Part shown: piece by piece, positions 37,815-47,350 of the stretch
How positions within the stretch are numbered: position 1 is the first letter of the stretch
Layout: every line of letters begins with the position of its first letter
Assembly: GCA_028715415.1 (NCBI GenBank)
Contig: JAQURX010000004.1
Coordinates: forward strand, 20,933 to 84,932
Reading direction: 5' to 3'
Source: Candidatus Omnitrophota bacterium
GTDB taxonomy: Bacteria > Omnitrophota > Gorgyraeia > Gygaellales > Profunditerraquicolaceae
Length of the DNA stretch: 64,000 bases
The notes under the pieces: generated by a model
Databases searched by the model: none
Told to the model about the DNA's origin: nothing
What the model saw: only the letters and a program-made list of their open reading frames with translations
Position numbers and translations under genes: made by a program

Positions 37815-39407
37815 TTAATATTCTCTCTGATGTTCAAGTGTCATATCCAAGAAAGTGCGCAACCTTCTTGAACGAGTTGGATGCCTTAATTTCTTCAAAG
37901 CCTTAGCTTCAATCTGGCGGACTCTTTCACGAGTTACCTTAAATACATTGCCGACCTCCTCCAGAGTCCGAGGGCAGCCATCAGTGATACCAAAACGCAA
38001 AATCAATATTTTCTTCTCCCTGTCGGTTAATGTCCCTAACGCAGAATTCATTTCATCTTTTAACATTGAATGAACAGTTGCGTTAGCAGGAGAAACAGCC
38101 TTCTTATCCTGAATAAAATCTCCGAAATGAGTGTCTCCCTCATCACCAATAGGCATCTGCAGAGAAATTGGCTCTTGGGCGATTTTCAATATTGATTTTA
38201 CTTTATCCTGAGGCATCCTCATCTTCTGAGCAATCTCTTCCGGAGTCGGCTCGCGGCCATTTTCCTGCACAAAGATTCTTGAATACCTAATGATTTTATT
38301 GATTGTTTCTGTCATATGCACAGGTATACGGATCGTCCTGGCCTGGTCCGCGATAGAACGCGTTATTGCCTGCCTTATCCACCAAGTAGCATAAGTAGAG
38401 AATTTATACCCTCTTTTATATTCAAATTTCTCAACGGCACGCATAAGGCCGATATTCCCTTCTTGAATTAAATCCAGGAAAGACAGCCCTCTGTTTGTAT
38501 ATTTCTTCGCAATGCTGACAACAAGCCTTAAGTTTGCCTCAACCAAACGCTTCTTTGTGCGATTGAACTTTAGATGCGCTGAACGAATTAATTTTATCTG
38601 TTCTTTAAGTTTCGGATACGGCACGCCTAACTGCCTCAATAATTCACGGCTTCTTGCGTTAGGGCGCTTACTTTTGTGACGCAGCTTATCAAGTTCCCTG
38701 ATTAAACTAAAGTATTTACGTACTATAGTTTCAACAACCGAAGTAGTAAAATTAAGCTTCAGCAACAACTCAAGGACGCCTGCTTCACTACGCGTATGTT
38801 TAACATTAGAAATAATTCTTTTAATCCTTAGTTGCACGCTCTTTCTTACTTTTACATCCTCTTTAACCAGCTCTTCCAAACTTAATTTCTCTTCCAAGAT
38901 ATCTTCCGCCACAAGAATCATCTCAGTGCGGGCAAACCTGGTTACCAAAGCTGCTCTTTTAAATTTATCCTCAGCATCCTCTATTTTCTTAGCTAAATCA
39001 ATTTCATTCTCCCGGGAAAGCAAAGATATTGAACCCATCTGTTTAAGATACATTTTAACCGGATCATCCAATGGCAAGAAACGATCCTCAACCTTAATCT
39101 GCTCGTTGATAGGATCATCCTTAAGCTCGTCCTTAATATCGTCTTTGGGTTCATCCTTAAGATCATCTTTCAAGTCTTCCTTTGAAACATTGTCTGACTT
39201 ATCAGCAACTTTCTCTTCCGAATTTTCAATAACCTCTATATCTTCATTACCTAAAAGCTCAAACAAGCGGTCAATATCACTAGAACTTGACATATCTTCA
39301 GGCAGCATCTCATTTACTTCATCGTAAGTCAAAAAACCTTTTTGCTTGCCTAATGCTATGATCTTCTCCATCTCTTTTGAATTAACTTCTTTTTTCTTTA
39401 TTGCCAT
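37815..39407 (-). CDS. rpoD: RNA polymerase sigma factor RpoD (sigma-70)
   Basis: Region 2 [39 protein letters not shown] and region 4. It has an acidic repeat insert ([21 protein letters not shown]). It follows dnaG. Confidence 0.95.
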   Translation of the reverse strand: MAIKKKEVNSKEMEKIIALGKQKGFLTYDEVNEMLPEDMSSSSDIDRLFELLGNEDIEVIENSEEKVADKSDNVSKEDLKDDLKDEPKDDIKDELKDDPINEQIKVEDRFLPLDDPVKMYLKQMGSISLLSRENEIDLAKKIEDAEDKFKRAALVTRFARTEMILVAEDILEEKLSLEELVKEDVKVRKSVQLRIKRIISNVKHTRSEAGVLELLLKLNFTTSVVETIVRKYFSLIRELDKLRHKSKRPNARSRELLRQLGVPYPKLKEQIKLIRSAHLKFNRTKKRLVEANLRLVVSIAKKYTNRGLSFLDLIQEGNIGLMRAVEKFEYKRGYKFSTYATWWIRQAITRSIADQARTIRIPVHMTETINKIIRYSRIFVQENGREPTPEEIAQKMRMPQDKVKSILKIAQEPISLQMPIGDEGDTHFGDFIQDKKAVSPANATVHSMLKDEMNSALGTLTDREKKILILRFGITDGCPRTLEEVGNVFKVTRERVRQIEAKALKKLRHPTRSRRLRTFLDMTLEHQREY

Positions 39408-39426
39408 TTAACTCCTCCGTGAAAAT

Positions 39427-41187
39427 TTAATTAAATTTTTTGATTAAATTATGAAATTCCTCAGTAAGCTCCGAGAGCCGCTGCTCATCTCCTAACTTCT
39501 GAGCCCGGGCTATCTCATTATGAAGGTTTTTCTTTTTTAGTTTCACCTTCTCTTCTTTTAAACGCTTCACGCAATCATCAGCCACTTTCTCCTTGCTATC
39601 CATTGATAATTCCGGAAGAAACAACGACTCGCATAAAATCTGGTCTATGTCTACATCGTTAAAATGCTGCATCAAAGAACTTGTTTCAATATTTTTTCCT
39701 TTTTCAAATAGCTCAAACATTGTTGAAACAATCTTGGAAACCCTTTGATCCTGAAAATCATCCGGGGCAAGAGTATTTCTTAGCTTATCAATTAAATTCT
39801 TTTCTTCAAGCATCAACTTTATTAAAAGCCTCTCCGTAGGATTAATTTGAAGATTTCTTTTAGAAACTTCCTTAACAGGCTCAAAACGGGAAGCCGGAGC
39901 CTTGATTTTGCCCAATTCTTCAAGGATATGCTCTTCTCCAATTCCAATTTCTTCAGAAAGCCTGTTTATGTATTCAGCTTTAATAATAGAATTCTTGAAT
40001 TTGTTAATTGTTAAGAGCATCTCAAGCGCCACATCCCTTTTCCCCTCTGCTTCTTTAATATTATGCCGGTTTCGCAATATCTTCAACTTGTAATCAAACA
40101 GATTGTAAGCATTTAAAACTACTTCTCTAAATTTAGCAACTCCTTCTTTTAACACAAATGAATCAGGGTCATGTCCTTGGGGGAGTATCACAACCTTAAC
40201 ATCCATGCCCTCTTCAATAAAAATATCGAGGCTTCGCAATGACGCCAGCTCCCCTGCTTTATCTCCGTCGTAAACCATTACAACTTTATTTGTGTATCTT
40301 TTTAAGAGGCGCGCCTGCTCATTGGTAAGTGCTGTACCGCAAGAAGCAATTATATTCTTAAAGCCCTCCTGGAAAGGCATAATAAAATCCATATAGCCTT
40401 CAACAATAACAACAAAATCATTCTCTCTGATGCTATCTTTTGCTAAATTTAACCCGTATAAATTCCTTCCCTTAACATAAACAGGCGTCTCCGGAGAATT
40501 AAGATACTTAGGGGTTGAATTATCCAAAACTCTGCCTCCAAAAGCAAGTACCCGGGATCTTATATCAAAAATAGGGAATATTATCCTATTCCTAAATCTA
40601 TCGTAGTAACCACCATTTTCTTTTGGCAGGATTAACCCGGCTTTTTCAATTAAAGATAAATTAATACTTTTATTCCTTAAGTAAGTAATAAGCGCATCCC
40701 ACTTATCAAAAGTAACCCCAAGCTTAAACAATTTTAAGGTTTCCTGTTTTACCCCCCGTTTGAGAAAATAATCCTTTGCTTTTGCGCCTAATTGGGAATT
40801 TAAGTTTGCCTCAAAAAATAAAGCTGCTAATTCATTTATCTTAAAGAGTTCTGTTGAGATACTATTAGCACCGTTATCGGAAGATTTGGTTTCCGGCAAA
40901 ATCACGCCGCTCTTTCTTGCCAAAAGCTGGACAGCCTCTGGAAAATCCATTCTCTCATGGCGCATAAGGAATTTAAAAGCGTTTCCCGATTCTCCGCAAC
41001 CAAAACAATGGTATATCTGCCGGTCCGGAGACACCATAAAGGAAGGCGTCTTTTCATGATGAAACGGGCAACAAGCCCTAAAATTCCTTCCTGCTTTTTT
41101 AAGGGGAATATAGCCGGAAATTATTTCAACTATATCAACCCTGCTTAAAATATCTTCTAAAATATTATCCGGGATTCTACCAATCAT
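39427..41187 (-). CDS. dnaG: DNA primase DnaG
   Basis: Zinc-binding CPFHHEKTPSFMVSPDRQIYHCFGCG, followed by a TOPRIM domain. 586 aa. Confidence 0.95.
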   Translation of the reverse strand: MIGRIPDNILEDILSRVDIVEIISGYIPLKKAGRNFRACCPFHHEKTPSFMVSPDRQIYHCFGCGESGNAFKFLMRHERMDFPEAVQLLARKSGVILPETKSSDNGANSISTELFKINELAALFFEANLNSQLGAKAKDYFLKRGVKQETLKLFKLGVTFDKWDALITYLRNKSINLSLIEKAGLILPKENGGYYDRFRNRIIFPIFDIRSRVLAFGGRVLDNSTPKYLNSPETPVYVKGRNLYGLNLAKDSIRENDFVVIVEGYMDFIMPFQEGFKNIIASCGTALTNEQARLLKRYTNKVVMVYDGDKAGELASLRSLDIFIEEGMDVKVVILPQGHDPDSFVLKEGVAKFREVVLNAYNLFDYKLKILRNRHNIKEAEGKRDVALEMLLTINKFKNSIIKAEYINRLSEEIGIGEEHILEELGKIKAPASRFEPVKEVSKRNLQINPTERLLIKLMLEEKNLIDKLRNTLAPDDFQDQRVSKIVSTMFELFEKGKNIETSSLMQHFNDVDIDQILCESLFLPELSMDSKEKVADDCVKRLKEEKVKLKKKNLHNEIARAQKLGDEQRLSELTEEFHNLIKKFN

Positions 41188-41228
41188 TTTAATAAATTAT
41201 GTTTAAGTTTTAAGAAAGGAAATGTTGG

Positions 41229-42098
41229 TTAATTTCTCTTAATCCTGTTAAACCCAGAGAAGCTGGTTATTTGGAATGCCTCTTCTCTTTCAATATTATC
41301 CAAAAGAAGATTAAGGCCTAACGTATCAGAAGAGATGTGGCCTGCGATAACTACATTAAGATTGGCGTCCTTAACCTTTTTAAAATGCTCTTCACCCAAA
41401 TGCATTGCTATTAAGGTTCTCACACCTGCTTTATATAGTTTATCAAAGACATCTTTAGACCCTTCAGTTCCTCCTGTCATATCAACAAGGATTTTTCCAG
41501 ACATCCTATGCGGAGAACCTGCGATAATCTTTGGCCCGGTAAAACTCTTTTCAGCAAGCTGATACTCAGGAACATCTAAAAGCACTGAAACAATATCTTT
41601 TACCGTTTTAGGTTTTCTCTTGGCCATTAAATTATTAATAAATGCATAAACATGGTTGTCCGCGGGAGTATGTACACACATAAATGGTAAATCTAATAAT
41701 CTTGCGGCATCAACCGGCCTTGTATGATTCTGAGGAAGAAGCCTTCTTTCAACCTCCAGTTTTCTTTCATCAAGCAGTTTTTGAGCAATAGCTTCATTTA
41801 CACCTGCTTTTTTTAACACATCAACCTGAAGTTGCATAACCTGATAAAGGCTTGCATAAGCGAAACCTTCGGGATGATGCGACATAACCAAATCAAGCCC
41901 TTGCTTTTTACGAATTTCTTCGGCAAGCAAAAGTTCACCTACTTCAACGTCTATGCCAACGATAATCTTTTTAACTTCCGTATCCGCTCTCCCGTAAAGT
42001 ATAGCGGAATCGGCATAATTAAAACTGCGATTCCTATTCCTAGGATCACGCAAGCTCCCATATTTAATAGCTAATTGATATAAACGCGATAATTTCAT
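41229..42098 (-). CDS. Nif3-family dinuclear metal centre protein (YqfO/YbgI-like)
   Basis: EVKKIIVGIDVEVGELLLAEEIRKKQGLDLVMSHHPEGF matches the Nif3 N-terminal block. The central CVHTPAD and C-terminal AGHISSDT are consistent with the metal ligands. Confidence 0.6.
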   Translation of the reverse strand: MKLSRLYQLAIKYGSLRDPRNRNRSFNYADSAILYGRADTEVKKIIVGIDVEVGELLLAEEIRKKQGLDLVMSHHPEGFAYASLYQVMQLQVDVLKKAGVNEAIAQKLLDERKLEVERRLLPQNHTRPVDAARLLDLPFMCVHTPADNHVYAFINNLMAKRKPKTVKDIVSVLLDVPEYQLAEKSFTGPKIIAGSPHRMSGKILVDMTGGTEGSKDVFDKLYKAGVRTLIAMHLGEEHFKKVKDANLNVVIAGHISSDTLGLNLLLDNIEREEAFQITSFSGFNRIKRN

Positions 42099-42682
42099 TT
42101 CTTCTCTTCTTTCTTCTTTTGGATGCCAAAATCTAAAACCATATTATTGAAACTTTCATTACTGATTAATTTACAAAGCAAACCATTCCAAATCGCACTG
42201 TAAACTGCAGAAGGCACCCTATAAAAGAAATTTGCAGAATACGAATTCCTAATACTCTTCTCAAGATAAGCGCTTGAACTAAAAACAAGTATAAATATAA
42301 TTAAACCGCTAAGGAGCAAACTTCTTAACGCACCAAGGATAACCCCGCCCCACTTATTAAGGCCGGGAGCTTCTTCAAGCTTTAAGAACTTTATTAAAAG
42401 TTTGCGCAAAAAAGCAAAAAATAAATACCCAATGGTACTTAAAAGAAGTAAAGACGGAAAATAAAACAGGTGTTCCGGGATACTACCTAAAATTACGTTG
42501 CCTCTTAGGAAATTAGCGAGTTGAACAAAATAATGTAACGACAAATAAGTTGCAAGAATGGTGCCCAGAAGTTTAAAAGATTCAACAGCCAAACCTTTTT
42601 CCTGAGCAATAAATATTACCCGGCAAATGATGACAAAAATTGAAATATCAACCCAATTAATCTGTCTTAAAATTTCAGGCAT
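42095..42682 (-). CDS. cvpA: CvpA-family (colicin V production) membrane protein
   Basis: 195 aa with four hydrophobic helices. The N-terminal INWVDISIFVIICRVIFIAQEKGLAVESFKLLG resembles CvpA. Confidence 0.55.
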   Translation of the reverse strand: MPEILRQINWVDISIFVIICRVIFIAQEKGLAVESFKLLGTILATYLSLHYFVQLANFLRGNVILGSIPEHLFYFPSLLLLSTIGYLFFAFLRKLLIKFLKLEEAPGLNKWGGVILGALRSLLLSGLIIFILVFSSSAYLEKSIRNSYSANFFYRVPSAVYSAIWNGLLCKLISNESFNNMVLDFGIQKKKEEKK

Positions 42683-42736
42683 ATTTTTTTGATAAACTCT
42701 TCACTCTAACTTATAACCAGGTAGGAAATTTGCTCA

Positions 42737-42765
42737 AGTATAACATATTAAAAATGGGTTGTCAA
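42737..42765 (-). promoter_or_regulatory. Sigma-70-type promoter upstream of cvpA-nif3
   Basis: Minus strand reads TTGACA-17 nt-TATACT. The 12-nt palindrome GAAAGCGCTTTC and an A-tract lie immediately upstream. Confidence 0.5.
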
Positions 42766-42840
42766 GGAAAGCGCTTTCTTTTTTATAACTTTAAGAATTG
42801 CTGCGGGTTAGAAGAATATAAGCAGTAAGAATTCTTAGTT

Positions 42841-43779
42841 TTATCGATTATTCTTGAACCAATCAATAGTTTTGCTTAACCCCTCTTCCAGCAATATCTT
42901 AGGCTTCCATTTAAGTAATTCATTAGCTTTCTTAATATTAGGCTGGCGCTGGCGTGGGTCATCCTGAGGTAGCGGTTTGTATATTAATTTGCTTTTTGTG
43001 GCAGTCATCTTAATTACAAACCTTGCTAACTCTAAAATGGTAAATTCATTTGGGTTTCCTAAATTAACTGGGTCATTGATTTTGGATTTCATCAGGCGGA
43101 CAATGCCTTCAACCAAGTCATCAACATAACAAAAACTCCTCGTTTGTTCCCCTCTTCCATAAACTGTTAAGGGCTTGTTATGAAGCGCTTGATTGATAAA
43201 ATTCGGCACTACCCTGCCATCATTAATCCTCATTCTTTCCCCGTAGGTATTAAAAATCCTTACTATTTTCGTATTTACATTATGAATTCTATGGTATGCC
43301 ATTGTAATCGCTTCGGCAAAACGCTTTGATTCATCATAACAACCGCGAACGCCAACAGGATTAACATTCCCCCAATAGCTCTCTGGTTGAGGATGGACCA
43401 AAGGATCGCCATAGACTTCAGAAGTAGAAGCAAGCAAAAACACTGATTTCTTGGCTTTAGATAAACCTAAAGCATTATGCGTTCCCAGGGAGCCCACCTT
43501 TAAAGTTTGAATAGGATACTTTAGATAATCTTCCGGCGAGGCAAGAGATGCAAAATGCAGGCAATAATCAACCCTTCCTTTAATTTCAATATATTTCGTA
43601 ACATCCCTATTTTCAAATCGGAAATATTTATGTTTAAGGATATGCTTGATATTTTCAATATTCCCAGTCTTAAGATTGTCTAAGCAGACAACCTTAAAAT
43701 CATCTTTTAAAAGCCGATCACATAAATGCGAGCCTATAAACCCGGCTCCCCCAGTAATTACAACTACTCTTTTTTCCAT
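42841..43779 (-). CDS. uxs: UDP-glucuronate decarboxylase (UDP-xylose synthase), SDR family; start corrected to [11 protein letters not shown] (AAGGAAGG RBS)
   Basis: [16 protein letters not shown] ... YDESKRFAE match the UXS/ArnA decarboxylase pattern. About 312 aa. Confidence 0.7.
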   Translation of the reverse strand: MEKRVVVITGGAGFIGSHLCDRLLKDDFKVVCLDNLKTGNIENIKHILKHKYFRFENRDVTKYIEIKGRVDYCLHFASLASPEDYLKYPIQTLKVGSLGTHNALGLSKAKKSVFLLASTSEVYGDPLVHPQPESYWGNVNPVGVRGCYDESKRFAEAITMAYHRIHNVNTKIVRIFNTYGERMRINDGRVVPNFINQALHNKPLTVYGRGEQTRSFCYVDDLVEGIVRLMKSKINDPVNLGNPNEFTILELARFVIKMTATKSKLIYKPLPQDDPRQRQPNIKKANELLKWKPKILLEEGLSKTIDWFKNNR

Positions 43780-43798
43780 TAAACTAACCTTCCTTGCA

Positions 43799-44734
43799 TT
43801 AAAAGTTTTTCTGAAAATATTCAACCGTAGTCTTTAACCCCTCGATAAAAGAAACTTTGGGGTTAAAACCTAAAACTTTCTTTGAATTAGTCAAATCAGC
43901 TAAAGTCCTAAAAACATCTCCTGGGCGTTTATCTAAGAATTTAGGGCTGACATTCTTGTTTAATATAACATTTAAATACTTAACCAGCTCTAATATTGTA
44001 TAGTCTTTACCGCTTGCGACATTAAAAACCCCGCCGTATGCTTTTTTTGTTTTTGCAGCAAGGATATTTGCCTGAACAACATTATCAACATATGTAAAAT
44101 CGCGCGATTGTTTTCCTGTCCCGAAAATTGGAGGCGCTTCATTCTTTAACATATTAGTTATAAATTTAGGTATTACTACAGCATATTCATCATCTAGCGA
44201 TTGGCGCGGGCCAAAAACATTAAAATACCTAAGGCTAACCGTCGGCAATCCGTGATGGCCGCTAAAAATCTTACAATAATATTCCCCGGTTAATTTAGAT
44301 AATGCATAAGGAGAAATAGGATCGGGAAAAAAGGATTCTTTCTCGGGAAAATTCTTTGTTTCCCCGTAAACGGAGCTTGATGAAGCGCACACAAAAGATT
44401 TTATCTTATTATCCCGGGAGGCATAAAGCATGTTTAATGTCCCGTTTATATTTACGTCATTATATTCGTAAGGGTTATTCATTGATTTTGGCACGCTTCT
44501 TAATGCTGCCTGATGCAGGCAATAATCCATTCCTTTAGTAGCCTTAAGGCAAGTATTAAAGCAACGTATATCCCCCTTAATCAAATCAATTTCTTTAAGC
44601 ACGCCTTCTAAGTTTTGAGTCTTACCGCTTGAAAAATCATCTAATACCCTCACTGAATGCTTAGCTTTTACCAAAGCATGAACAATATGCGAACCGATAA
44701 AACCTGCTCCACCCGTTACAAGGAATTTACTCAT
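43799..44734 (-). CDS. NAD-dependent nucleotide-sugar 4-epimerase (WbpP/TviC/CapD-like)
   Basis: [11 protein letters not shown] ... YALSKLTGE (YxxxK). 311 aa. Immediately downstream of a TviB-like dehydrogenase. Confidence 0.6.
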   Translation of the reverse strand: MSKFLVTGGAGFIGSHIVHALVKAKHSVRVLDDFSSGKTQNLEGVLKEIDLIKGDIRCFNTCLKATKGMDYCLHQAALRSVPKSMNNPYEYNDVNINGTLNMLYASRDNKIKSFVCASSSSVYGETKNFPEKESFFPDPISPYALSKLTGEYYCKIFSGHHGLPTVSLRYFNVFGPRQSLDDEYAVVIPKFITNMLKNEAPPIFGTGKQSRDFTYVDNVVQANILAAKTKKAYGGVFNVASGKDYTILELVKYLNVILNKNVSPKFLDKRPGDVFRTLADLTNSKKVLGFNPKVSFIEGLKTTVEYFQKNF

Positions 44735-46038
44735 AATATTACCACCTTCCTATCCTTTATATGCTTATAGACATTCCGAGTATCAAAAATAAGCTTTGAA
44801 TTATTAAGAATGAATTCGTAATCCAAACAAGAATGGTTAGTTGCAATTACCACGCAATCAAATTTTCCTAAAGCCTCTTTTTTCAGCTCCACTGATTTAA
44901 GATTTATATTCCCAACTTTTAAATATGGGATAAGAGGGTCGAAGTAAGAAACCTGTACATTCTTGGCCTGAAGCTCACGGATTATATCTATGCTGGGCGA
45001 CTTACGTAAATCTTTTATATCTTTTTTGTAAGTTACCCCCACAACCAAAACTTTTGCATTCGTTAAATGCTTGCCAGAATTCTTTAAGCATCCTTCTATG
45101 CGCGAAACAACATACTCCGGCATGTAATTAATCACATCAGAGGCAAGCTTGATAAATTTAGAACGAAATCCGAAATGCTTAGCCTTCCAATAAAGATACA
45201 AAGGATCCTTCGGTATGCAATGGCCTCCCACTCCCGGGCCGGGATAAAACGGCATAAACCCAAAAGGTTTTGTGCTTGCAGCATCAATAACCTCCCAGAT
45301 ATCTATACCCATCTTATGCGCCATCATTGCCATCTCATCAATTAACCCGATATTTACAAGTCGAAAGGTATTTTCAAGTAATTTTGCTACTTCCGCAGTC
45401 CTTGCGTTAGAAACAGGTACAACCTTTTCAATTATCCTTCCATACAAAGCGACCCCCAGCCTGGTTGCTTCTTTACTAATTCCTCCAATAATCTTTGGAA
45501 TTTTATTTACAGGATATTTAACATTACCCGGATCAATCCTCTCCGGAGAAAAACAAAGATAGAAATCTTTATTGTGCACTAACCCGTCTTTTTCCAAAAG
45601 AGGCAGTATTATTTCATCCGTAGTCCCGGGATAAGTTGTGCTTTCCAGAATAACCAAACAACCAACCTTTAAATTCTTCGCAATTGATTTGACAGCTTCC
45701 TGTATATAGGAAATATTGGGATGATACTTCCTCTTTAACGGGGTAGGAACACAAATAATTACCGCATCAATATTCTTTAATTTTCCGAAATCAGAAGTCG
45801 CGCTGAATTTATTTTTATTAATAGCATTCTTCAATTCTTCGGTAGTAACGTCTGTAATATAAGATTCTTTTCTTGCGATGTGCGAAAGCCTGTCCTTGTC
45901 AATCTCAATGCCTAAAACTTCAAAATTCTTCTTTGCGAATTCAAGCGCTAAAGGCAAACCTACATAACCTAAGCCTACAACAGCTAATTTTGCCTGCTTT
46001 TTTAAAATCTTTTTTTCTAATTCTGCGATGTTAACCAT
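44731..46038 (-). CDS. Nucleotide-sugar dehydrogenase (UDP-GlcNAc/UDP-ManNAc 6-dehydrogenase, TviB/WbpA/WecC-like)
   Basis: VVGLGYVGLPLA Rossmann fold, catalytic GGHCIPKDP. 435 aa. Confidence 0.65.
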   Translation of the reverse strand: MVNIAELEKKILKKQAKLAVVGLGYVGLPLALEFAKKNFEVLGIEIDKDRLSHIARKESYITDVTTEELKNAINKNKFSATSDFGKLKNIDAVIICVPTPLKRKYHPNISYIQEAVKSIAKNLKVGCLVILESTTYPGTTDEIILPLLEKDGLVHNKDFYLCFSPERIDPGNVKYPVNKIPKIIGGISKEATRLGVALYGRIIEKVVPVSNARTAEVAKLLENTFRLVNIGLIDEMAMMAHKMGIDIWEVIDAASTKPFGFMPFYPGPGVGGHCIPKDPLYLYWKAKHFGFRSKFIKLASDVINYMPEYVVSRIEGCLKNSGKHLTNAKVLVVGVTYKKDIKDLRKSPSIDIIRELQAKNVQVSYFDPLIPYLKVGNINLKSVELKKEALGKFDCVVIATNHSCLDYEFILNNSKLIFDTRNVYKHIKDRKVVIL

Positions 46039-47332
46039 TCTTACCTTTCCCTATCCCCACACAGACAAACCCTAATTTTTTCATCTTTTCACAATCGTAA
46101 ATATTGCGGCCATCAAAAACCAAAGGCCGTCTTAATAATTTTTTAATCTTTAAAAAATCTAACTCCCTAAATTCATCCCACTCGGTTGCAACTATCAAGC
46201 AATCAGCCCCCTTGGCTGTTTCGTACGAATTCTTACAGAAAGTAACCCCTTTTAAATCTTCTTTTGCCTTTTCCATTGCCTGGGGATCATAAACCTTGAC
46301 CTTTGCCCCTTCCAATTTAAGCTTACTAATTAAATCTAACGCAGGAGCATTTCGCAAATCATCAGTATCAGGCTTAAAGGCTAAACCTAGAATAGCTACA
46401 GTCTTATCTTTAATTACCCACAATACATCTTTTATTTTTCTAAAGAAATACTCTTTCTGTTGCTCATTAATATCCTTAACACTTTCAAGCATATTAAACT
46501 TTAGGCCCAATTTTTCTGAAATCGTAATGAACGCGTCTAAATCCTTAGGAAAGCATGACCCCCCATACCCCAAACCGGCTTTTAAGAAACTTGGGCCGAT
46601 TCTCTTATCCAAACCTATTCCCTTGGCAACCTCTTCAACATTAGCCCCTACCTCATCGCAGATACGTGAAACTGCATTGATAAAGGAAATCTTGGTGGCT
46701 AGGAAAGCATTAGAGGCATGCTTGATTAGTTCTGCCGATTTGATATTGGTAACTACTATCGGCGCTTTAAGCGGCTCATATAAATCCATCAGGATTTCCC
46801 GGGCTTTTTTTGATTCAACTCCGATAACAATCCTATCGGGATGCATAAAATCATTAATTGCAGTCCCTTCCTTTAAGAATTCCGGGTTAGACGCAACGTC
46901 AAACTTAATATTACGCTTGATATAAGTTGAGATGGTCTTTTCAACCCATTTTCCGGTTTCAACAGGAACGGTTGACTTCTCAACAATCAACCTATAACTA
47001 TCCATATTAATGGCGATATTCCGAGCGACATTTTCTATCCCCGTAAGATCAGCCTCGCCGTTTTCCAAAGAAGGAGTCCCCACAGCAATAAAAATTACCT
47101 CTGAATTCTTAACTGCATCTTTAATGCTTGTGCTAAAGATAAGCCTTTTGCTTTTTACATTGCTTAAAACTAACTCCTTTAAACCAGGCTCATATATCGG
47201 GATAATACCTTTCTTTAGGCTATTTACCTTTTTAGGATTATTATCCACGCAAATAACTTTATTGCCTAATTGCGCAAGGCATGTACCTGTAACTAACCCA
47301 ACGTATCCTGAACCAACAATTGATATTTTCAT
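46031..47332 (-). CDS. ugd: UDP-glucose 6-dehydrogenase
   Basis: MKISIVGSGYVGLVTGTCLA, catalytic GGSCFPKD. 433 aa. Confidence 0.8.
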   Translation of the reverse strand: MKISIVGSGYVGLVTGTCLAQLGNKVICVDNNPKKVNSLKKGIIPIYEPGLKELVLSNVKSKRLIFSTSIKDAVKNSEVIFIAVGTPSLENGEADLTGIENVARNIAINMDSYRLIVEKSTVPVETGKWVEKTISTYIKRNIKFDVASNPEFLKEGTAINDFMHPDRIVIGVESKKAREILMDLYEPLKAPIVVTNIKSAELIKHASNAFLATKISFINAVSRICDEVGANVEEVAKGIGLDKRIGPSFLKAGLGYGGSCFPKDLDAFITISEKLGLKFNMLESVKDINEQQKEYFFRKIKDVLWVIKDKTVAILGLAFKPDTDDLRNAPALDLISKLKLEGAKVKVYDPQAMEKAKEDLKGVTFCKNSYETAKGADCLIVATEWDEFRELDFLKIKKLLRRPLVFDGRNIYDCEKMKKLGFVCVGIGKGKNG

Positions 47333-47350
47333 TTAATTTGTTTCTCCTTA

